From an uncultured Chloroflexia bacterium (GTDB lineage Bacteria > Chloroflexota > Limnocylindria > Limnocylindrales > CSP1-4): a DNA stretch of 64,000 nt. The position numbers and the translations under genes are program-made. The notes under the pieces were generated by a model that searched no databases, was not told the DNA's origin, and saw only the letters and a program-made list of their open reading frames with translations. Positions 57,624 to 64,000 of the stretch are shown in pieces. Position 1 is the first letter of the stretch; the number at the start of each line of letters is the position of its first letter. The stretch covers positions 218,299 through 282,298 of the forward strand of contig CAWIYR010000003.1 of the NCBI GenBank assembly GCA_963840375.1. The letters are read 5' to 3'.

Positions 57624-60457
57624 CTAGCGCAGCGATATCGAGGAGGCCGTGACGTTCCGACCGCGGGACCGGTCGCTGCCGCCGACCGTCAGGCTCATCG
57701 CGCCGGCCCGGCCACCGCGATGGATCGTCCAGGTCGCCCGGTAGGTGGAGCCGGACACGTGCTTGAGGGTGAGCGCGTAGGGCGCCAGGCCCGGCTGGCG
57801 GACCGTGAGCCGCGGGCTCCCGGAGAGGGGCTCGGTCGAGACGACCGTCACCGTGAGCCGGGCACCACGCCGGGCCCTGGCCACCGAAGGCCGGATCTCG
57901 AAGGCCGCCGCTCGTACGGCGGCGACGTGCGTCTCGCTCGCGTCTCCGACGGCCGCCCGGACCACGAGCCGGTAGACGCCCTGCGGGGCGAAGCCCCGGC
58001 GTCGGTCCGACCGTCCCAGGCCACCGCGACCGGTCCCGTCGGATACGGGCCGGCGATCGTCCGGACCGCGAGGCCCCTGGCATCGAGCACGCGGAGCTCG
58101 ACCTCGGCCGGGGCGCGAAGGGTGAACGCGGCACCGGTCCGGGGCGCCAGAGCGTCGCCGTCCTGCGGGAAGAAGCGCGCCGGCGTCGCGGCCAGGCCGA
58201 CGAACGACCCGAAGACGGAGACGTCCACGGAGGCCGTCGGACCGGCGTTCCGGGCCCGGTCGAGCGGGGTGAGGGTCAGCGTGTAGTCGCCGTCGGGGAC
58301 CACGTGGCCGGCGTCGTCCCGACCGTCCCAGACGACCGACCCGGAGCCGGCCCTGGGGGCGCCGGTCGTCAGGGTGCGGAGCGTCGATCCGCCGGTCTTC
58401 GGGGTCACCGCCAGCCGCACTGCGCCGGGCTCGCTGATCGCATGGCTCACGGCGACGGTGTCGGCGATGCCGTCGCCGTTCGGCGAGAAGATCGTGCGCG
58501 AGACGGTCACCGAGCCGTCCGGGCCGAGCGACGGCGCGGTCCGGTCGATCGTGAACCGGGTGGTCTTCACGGCCTCGGCCCGCCCGGTGACGTCGATCGA
58601 GCGGTAGGCGACGGTGTGGACCCCCTCGGTGGTGACGATGATCGGACCGGCGTACGGCGTGAGCGGGGCGCCGTCGAGCGAGATGAAGGTCGACGCGACG
58701 CCGCTCTGGGCGTCGGTCGCGCTCAGACCGACGGTGACGTCGTCGCGGAAGTAGCCCGCCTCGCCGACCGGGCCGGCGAGGTCCGCGCTGGTCACCGGGG
58801 CGGTCACGTCGACCCGGACGGCCACGCTCCGTGCGGTCTCCACGTTGCCGGCCCGGTCGGTGGACCAGTAGCGCAGCCGGTGGTCGCCGGAGCGGGCGAT
58901 GACGACCGGACCCGTGTAGCGCGTCGCCGCCCCGCCGTCGAGGCTCCAGGCCGTGCCCCGGAGCCCGCTGAGGGCATCGCGGCCGGCGAGGGTGACGGTC
59001 GCCGCGGTCGCGTACCAGCCGCTGGGATCGAGCGTCCCGGTCACGCTCGACGTGGTCTGCGGCGCGGTCGCGTCGAGGACGAACCGACCCGACAGGGTGA
59101 ACGGCGCCGGGTTGTTGCCGGCCGGCTCGCGACCCGCGTACGCCCACGTGTAGGTGCCGTCCGGGATCAGCGTCCCGCCCGTCCCCCGGAGGTTCCAGTC
59201 GAAGACGGACCAGGCGTCGGTCCCCGCCAGGGTCCGGACGACGGCCCCGCCGGCATCCCGGACCTCGATCGTCCCGTCGAGCGGCTCGGAGGCGCGGACG
59301 ATCACGTGGAAGGTGTCGTGGACGTAGTCGCCGTTCGGCCCGATGAGGACGCCCGGCGGGTCGTAGTCGTAGAGCCGGGCCGGCGTCCCGTCGACCGGGA
59401 CGAGCGCGTCGGCGCGGACGTAGCCGACCAGGTCGGGAGCGTCGAACGGGTGGACTCGGACGACCCGACCGCCGTCCGGGAGGGCCGCCGCGTCGGCGAC
59501 GATCCGCAGCCGGCGGCCGGCCTCGAGCGGGGCGATGACGCTGCCGAGCTCGGGATCCGCGAACAGGTCGCCGGCGGTCGCGACGTCCCCGGCGCCGCCG
59601 ACGACGATCGTCGGGGGCACGACGTCGGTCGGAAGGTAGGCCGTCCGGGTGACCATCGCCGCGGTGAGGCCCGGGTCGAAGACCGCCGAGTGGTACCACG
59701 GCCCGCGACTGACGCTCGTCGGGTCCATCAGGGCCCGGGCCCCGGTGGTCCGGAACGAGTCCCAGGCGATGTCGTGGCCGTGATAGGTCGGCGCGGCATG
59801 GAACAGGGCGTTCATCCCGAGCGACGAGGTGAAGAGCCGGCGGAGGTACGTCGTCTGGGGGTGATAGGCGTCGGCGATGACAGCCCGCGCGCCCGCCGCG
59901 AAGAACCCGGCTCCGTAGTTCTCCACCCGCGCCTTCTTGTCGGACAGTGACCCCGTCGCCAGCCCCGGCTCGGTGTTGCCCGACGCGTAGCAGAGGTGGA
60001 AGAGGAGGACCACCGCGTTGGGTGCCAGCCGGATCTCGGAGCCGACCTGCGCCTCGCCGTAGTAGACGTGGGTGGTCCCGTTCGCGCCGGTCGGCGGGTC
60101 GAGACCGAAGCCGTTCTGGGTGAACGGCCAGAGCGCATCCCGGTAGCGGGACGGCCAGCCGTTGCCGTGCCCCAGGTAGATGAGGATCGAGGCCCCCTGC
60201 GCCGCGGCCCGGACGGCCGACCAGGTCGCCCGGGGCGTCTTGATGACGACGACGTTCCTGGTGTACTTCCGGGCGACCGCGGCGAGCGCATCCGCGTCGG
60301 CCTTGTAGTGGGCGTTGTACGAGCCGACCGGGCCGACGACGATCACGACCTTCGGGTTCACCGCCGCGGATGCGGCGGCAGCCGGGTGGACCGTGGCCAG
60401 CGGAAGGAGCAGGCCGAGGGCGACGAGGACGGCGACGATCGGTCGGATCATGGGCAC
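57624..60457 (-). CDS. Large secreted protein with an N-terminal clan-CD-like cysteine peptidase domain (gingipain C25 / clostripain C11-like His-Gly ... Cys dyad), followed by multiple Ig-like (Big/FlgD-Ig) domains; frameshift near 57990-58020
   Basis: Signal peptide, then IYLGHGNGW and LLFHLCYASG (His/Cys dyad pattern); repeats ...FSPNGDGIADT...VWDGRDDAGHVVPDGDYTLTL...; the C-terminal 120 aa read in the frame of ORF 57624..59699. Confidence 0.65.
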
Positions 60458-60542
60458 CGTCTACCCTGACAGCCGGCGGCGCTGTCGGCCATAGGGCAGA
60501 CGGGCCAGTCCGGCCCCGGACGTCCGAGTCCGGGCCGTCGCT

Positions 60543-60866
60543 TCACCGGGGCAGCAGGTAGAGCGCCATCACGAGCGGGGTCCGGGCGGCGATGCCGTGC
60601 CGGGTATCCGGGGCCATCCTGAGCCAGGCCCCGGCGCCGAGCCGGTGGGATCCTCCGCCGACGGTCACGTCCGCCTCTCCGGACAGGATGTGGACGATCG
60701 TCGGACGGGCCGAGGTGTGCTCGGTCAGTGCCTCGCCCTCCGCGAAGGCGAACAGCACCAGCTCCACCCCGTCGCCCTCGGAGACCGTCTGGCTGTGGAT
60801 CCCGCGACGCGGGATCGGCGCCTCCTCGAGCAGGTCCGCGAAGAGCTCGTACGCCGGAGCGTTCAT
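60543..60866 (-). CDS. Cupin-domain protein
   Basis: ...HTSARPTIVHILSGEADVTVGGGSHRLGAGAWLRMAPDTRH... is a cupin beta-barrel. Confidence 0.7.
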   Translation of the reverse strand: MNAPAYELFADLLEEAPIPRRGIHSQTVSEGDGVELVLFAFAEGEALTEHTSARPTIVHILSGEADVTVGGGSHRLGAGAWLRMAPDTRHGIAARTPLVMALYLLPR

Positions 60867-60888
60867 CGCCCCACGATAGCGCGGCGGG

Positions 60889-61761
60889 TCAGAGTTCGCG
60901 ACGTCGGAACGACAGGATCGCCAGGCCGAGCGTGCCGGCGACCCAGACCAGGCACCAGCCCAGGAAGGCCGGCCCCGGACCGGTCGATGCGAAGAACGGG
61001 TTGGCCTGGAGCACCCGGAGCGAGCGGCCCTCGGTCATCAGGGCGATCACCGCGCCCGGCTCGAGGGCGAAGATCGTCGCCCGCCACAACCCGTCGGACG
61101 GGAACGCGATCCGGACCATCCGGCTGACGGTCTCCAGGGACTCGACGCCGAGCGCGCTGCCGACCCCGCCCAGGACTCCGAGGCCCCAGGCCAGCCCGAA
61201 CAGGACCACCGCGACGGCGCCGCTCGCGATCGCGGGCATCCGCGTCCCGAGCAGGACGGTCACGGTCAGGACCACGACGGCCTGCGCCGCGAGCCCGCCG
61301 GCGGCTCCGAGCGGATCGGGTGGTCCGTAGCCGGAGACGAGCCGCAGGGCGGCGATCTCGCCCAGGCCGGCTGCCACGCCGTAGCCGGCGACGACGATCG
61401 CCAGGCCCGTCCATCGACCGAGCAGCCAGGCGCCCCGGCCGATCGGCCGGGCGAGGATCGCCAGGAGGACCCCCGACTCGATGTCGGCCGCGATCGCCGG
61501 GGCGCCGATGAACGCCGCGGTCGCGGCGAGGATGAAGCTGAACATGAACGCGCACAGGACGAGGACCTGGCTGACCCCCAGCTGGAGCTCGAGCTCGGTC
61601 GTGCCCCGGGCCCGCGTCTCGCTGACCAGGAAGTGGAAGCCGAGTCCGCTGAGGACGACGACGATGGCGGTCAGGGCGATCAGGGCCCACAGGGTCCGGC
61701 GACGGAGGGTCTCGAAGAGGGTGACCCGGACCCCGATCGCGACCGTGCGCAGGACCGTCAC
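60889..61761 (-). CDS. ABC-2 type transporter permease
   Basis: GTG at 61761 overlapping the ATPase stop (GTGA); six TM segments. Confidence 0.75.
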   Translation of the reverse strand: MTVLRTVAIGVRVTLFETLRRRTLWALIALTAIVVVLSGLGFHFLVSETRARGTTELELQLGVSQVLVLCAFMFSFILAATAAFIGAPAIAADIESGVLLAILARPIGRGAWLLGRWTGLAIVVAGYGVAAGLGEIAALRLVSGYGPPDPLGAAGGLAAQAVVVLTVTVLLGTRMPAIASGAVAVVLFGLAWGLGVLGGVGSALGVESLETVSRMVRIAFPSDGLWRATIFALEPGAVIALMTEGRSLRVLQANPFFASTGPGPAFLGWCLVWVAGTLGLAILSFRRREL

Positions 61762-62699
61762 CCGACCCGGCCCCCCGCGATGAGGCCGAGGAACCGCTCC
61801 TCGAGGGACGCCCGCTCCGGCTCGACGGCGTGGATCCGCCCGCCGGCCGCCACAACCGCGGCGACGAGCTCGGGGATGCGATCCGGCGCGAAGGGACGGA
61901 AGGCCAGCCAGTCGCCGTCGGCGGCGTGCGGACCGAACGCCGCGAGACCGGCCCGTGCCGCGGCGTCCAGGCCGGTCACCCGGAGCCGGACCCCGTCGCC
62001 GCCGAGCATCTCGTCGAGGGTCCCGGCCGCGACGACCCGCCCGGCGTCCACGACGGCCACCCGGTCGCAGACGAGCTCGACCTCGCTCAGGAGGTGGGAG
62101 TTGAGGAAGACCGTGGCACCACGGTCGCGCGCCGCCCGGATGATCCCGCGGACCTCGGTCCGGCCGAGCGGATCGAGGGCCGAGGTGGGCTCGTCGAGGA
62201 GGACCAGCTCGGGACGGCCGAGCAGCGCGGTCGCCAGCCCGAGCCGCTGCTGCATCCCCTTCGAGTACGTTCCGACGAGGTCGTCCGACCGATCGGCCAG
62301 GCCGACGGTCTCGAGGGCCTCCGCCACGGCAGCCGGTCGCGCGACCCCTTCGAGGCCGATGAGACCGGCGTGGAACGCGAGGACCTCGCGTGCCCGCATC
62401 CAGGGCTGATAGCGGAACATCTCGGGCAGGTAGCCCACCCGGCGACGGGCCTCGCGGTCCCCGAGCGGTCGTCCGAGGACGGTCCCACCGCCCGAGGACG
62501 GCGGGGTGAGGCCGAGGAGGAGCTTCACCGACGTCGTCTTGCCGGCGCCGTTCGGACCCAGGAAGCCGAAGACCTCGCCGCGCTCGACCCGCATCGTCAG
62601 CCCGGCGAGGGCGGTCGTCCGGCCGTAGCGCTTGACGAGATCGTGGGTCTCGATCGCGGGCGCGAGGTCGATCGCTGAAGGGGACGGCATGGCGGCCAT
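61758..62699 (-). CDS. ABC transporter ATP-binding protein
   Basis: Walker A GPNGAGKTT, signature YSKGMQQRL, Walker B LVLLDEPT; ATG at 62699. Confidence 0.85.
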   Translation of the reverse strand: MAAMPSPSAIDLAPAIETHDLVKRYGRTTALAGLTMRVERGEVFGFLGPNGAGKTTSVKLLLGLTPPSSGGGTVLGRPLGDREARRRVGYLPEMFRYQPWMRAREVLAFHAGLIGLEGVARPAAVAEALETVGLADRSDDLVGTYSKGMQQRLGLATALLGRPELVLLDEPTSALDPLGRTEVRGIIRAARDRGATVFLNSHLLSEVELVCDRVAVVDAGRVVAAGTLDEMLGGDGVRLRVTGLDAAARAGLAAFGPHAADGDWLAFRPFAPDRIPELVAAVVAAGGRIHAVEPERASLEERFLGLIAGGRVG

Positions 62700-62770
62700 G
62701 GTCCCACAGACTCGCCGGCGCGCCGAGGTGTGACACACGAGCTGTCACGAGGGCCCGGCACGATCGGTCC

Positions 62771-62971
62771 ATGAACACGCCATCGAACGCCAGGAACGCC
62801 ACGGTCGCCCTGGATTGCCCATGGTGCGCCGAGCCGCTCCGGTCGAGCCTCGACGAGCTCAGCGACGGGTTCGCCTGTCCGGCCTGCCTGGTGGAGGTCG
62901 TCCTCTTCGACTCGGCTCCCGTGGCCGGCCAGCGCGCCGATCGGCCGGTCGCCCGCCCGCTCGCCGCCTAG
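62771..62971 (+). CDS. Small zinc-ribbon-like protein (CPWC...CPAC)
   Basis: Two CxxC pairs in a 66-aa ORF; 4-bp convergent overlap with the next gene. Confidence 0.4.
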   Translation: MNTPSNARNATVALDCPWCAEPLRSSLDELSDGFACPACLVEVVLFDSAPVAGQRADRPVARPLAA

Positions 62972-63756
62972 GCGATCCGGACGGTGGCGGCGCCACCGGA
63001 GAAGCGGACGAGGACCCGGTCCGAAGCGGCCCCGAAGCCGGGCGTCTCTGTCCGGCCGTCGACCGAGGTCAGGCCGCCGCTCGTCTCGAGCCGGTACTCG
63101 ACGCCCGCCGGAGCCTGGAGGTCGAACTGGGCGGCGCCACCGGTCAATCGGATCTCGACGGTCCCACGGGGCCTGGGCAGGACGATCGAGGCCCGGGCCG
63201 CTCCGATCTGGACCCGGGCGCCGGCCACGGCGAGCGTCGAGAGATCGACTCGGAATTCGCCCGCCCCGCCGTTCATCGTGAACATCGTCGGGACGGCGGG
63301 GGCGATGCGAACGGTCCAGTCCGCCCCGCCGCGCCATGCGTCCGGCCACCAGGCCACGTCCTGGCGGAGACGGACCCGCGCCCGGTCGCCGACCCGCTCG
63401 ATCCGGGTGGCGATGTCGTCATCCGTGGACGAGACCTCCACGAGCCGGCCGGCCGAGGCGCCGCCCTCGATCCGGAACCGGCCGGCCCCGACGCTCAGGT
63501 CCAGCTCGAGACGCGAGGATCCCTCCACGGGGACCTCCGAGGTGCTCGCCGTGCGGCGACCTGGCCTGACCGCCCCGAGCAGGAGGACCGCCCCGACGCC
63601 GATGATGAGGATCGGCCAGATCATGCTCCAGGCCACCCGGATGACCCCCATCTCGCCGAGGAGGTAGACGCACCCGATGGCGATGAGGACGATCCCGAAG
63701 AGCTCCGCGCCGCGCCAGCCGCGTCGGCGACGGCGCGCATCCCGGTCGCGCGACAT
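62968..63756 (-). CDS. LiaF-like / DUF2154-type cell-envelope stress-response membrane protein
   Basis: N-terminal 2 TM (LFGIVLIAIGCVYLL...WPILIIGVGAVLLL) plus a C-terminal beta-rich domain typical of LiaF-like proteins. Confidence 0.6.
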   Translation of the reverse strand: MSRDRDARRRRRGWRGAELFGIVLIAIGCVYLLGEMGVIRVAWSMIWPILIIGVGAVLLLGAVRPGRRTASTSEVPVEGSSRLELDLSVGAGRFRIEGGASAGRLVEVSSTDDDIATRIERVGDRARVRLRQDVAWWPDAWRGGADWTVRIAPAVPTMFTMNGGAGEFRVDLSTLAVAGARVQIGAARASIVLPRPRGTVEIRLTGGAAQFDLQAPAGVEYRLETSGGLTSVDGRTETPGFGAASDRVLVRFSGGAATVRIA

Positions 63757-63875
63757 GCACACTCCTCCCATGACGACGATCCGGTCCAGCCTAGCGAACC
63801 GACGGCCGGCCGACCACTGCCGAGCGGCACCCGGTGACCGCCGGGGGGATGCGTGCCGATGAGGCGGAGCGGACG

Positions 63876-64000
63876 ATGAGCCGGGCCGAGCTCGACGCGC
63901 TGTCGAGCGCCATCGTGGCAGCCGGGCGGCGGCTGGGGGCGAGGGGTCTGATCGTCGCCGGCGAGGGCAACCTCTCGGTCCGGCTGGGCGATCGCATCCT
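63876..64000 (+). CDS. Class II aldolase/adducin-family protein (fuculose-phosphate aldolase / MtnB-like), 3' end truncated by the window edge
   Basis: ...GARGLIVAGEGNLSVRLGDRIL is the N-terminal motif of class II aldolases. Confidence 0.45.
   Translation, partial: MSRAELDALSSAIVAAGRRLGARGLIVAGEGNLSVRLGDRI

Noticed and set aside
58304-59950. 548-aa plus-strand ORF
   Set aside because: Antisense to the large secreted peptidase gene.
1-64000. tRNA, rRNA, CRISPR arrays, insertion sequences or prophage genes
   Set aside because: No T-psi-C-like GTTCGAATCC-type cores with matching acceptor stems, no regularly spaced direct repeats beyond the single 20-bp x 2.6 tandem, and no transposase, integrase or phage structural families among the ORFs.

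Overview
High-GC (about 70%+) actinobacterial-type chromosomal segment with roughly 70 protein-coding genes on both strands. I found no rRNA, tRNA, CRISPR array, transposase or integrase. Coordinates from my own counting may be off by ±1 in places; start codons were placed by in-frame arithmetic from the supplied ORF track.

Gene content in order: the window opens inside uppS, followed by a compact membrane-lipid locus, class II ribonucleotide reductase nrdJ behind tandem NrdR boxes and a perfect 24-bp palindrome, several two-component systems (one with a giant seven-GAF-domain histidine kinase), three ABC-2 exporter pairs, a DUF2089-DUF4097 envelope-stress-type operon, a PI3K/HipA-like kinase paired with DUF3037, a DEAD-box helicase with a long structured leader, an aquaporin, a GreA-domain ORF with an unusual N-terminal extension, and a large secreted clan-CD-like cysteine peptidase with Ig-like repeats.

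The most striking feature is that many well-conserved genes are interrupted in this sequence by single-base frameshifts or an in-frame stop, while the protein sense on either side is intact. Affected genes include nrdJ (at least 8 frame changes), the fused acyl ligase-carrier-acyltransferase, the DUF3419 gene, SpoIID and several others. This points more to indel errors in the consensus than to ancient pseudogenes. All affected coordinates should be treated as approximate.

The best candidate for an undescribed system is the lipid locus at the 5' end: uppS, a CDP-alcohol phosphatidyltransferase, cdsA, a fused acyl-AMP ligase-carrier-acyltransferase, a PaaK/F390-synthetase-like adenylating enzyme, a DedA/YqaA-like membrane protein, a BtaA-like DUF3419 transferase and a GNAT. 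Together these predict synthesis or remodelling of an unusual polar lipid.
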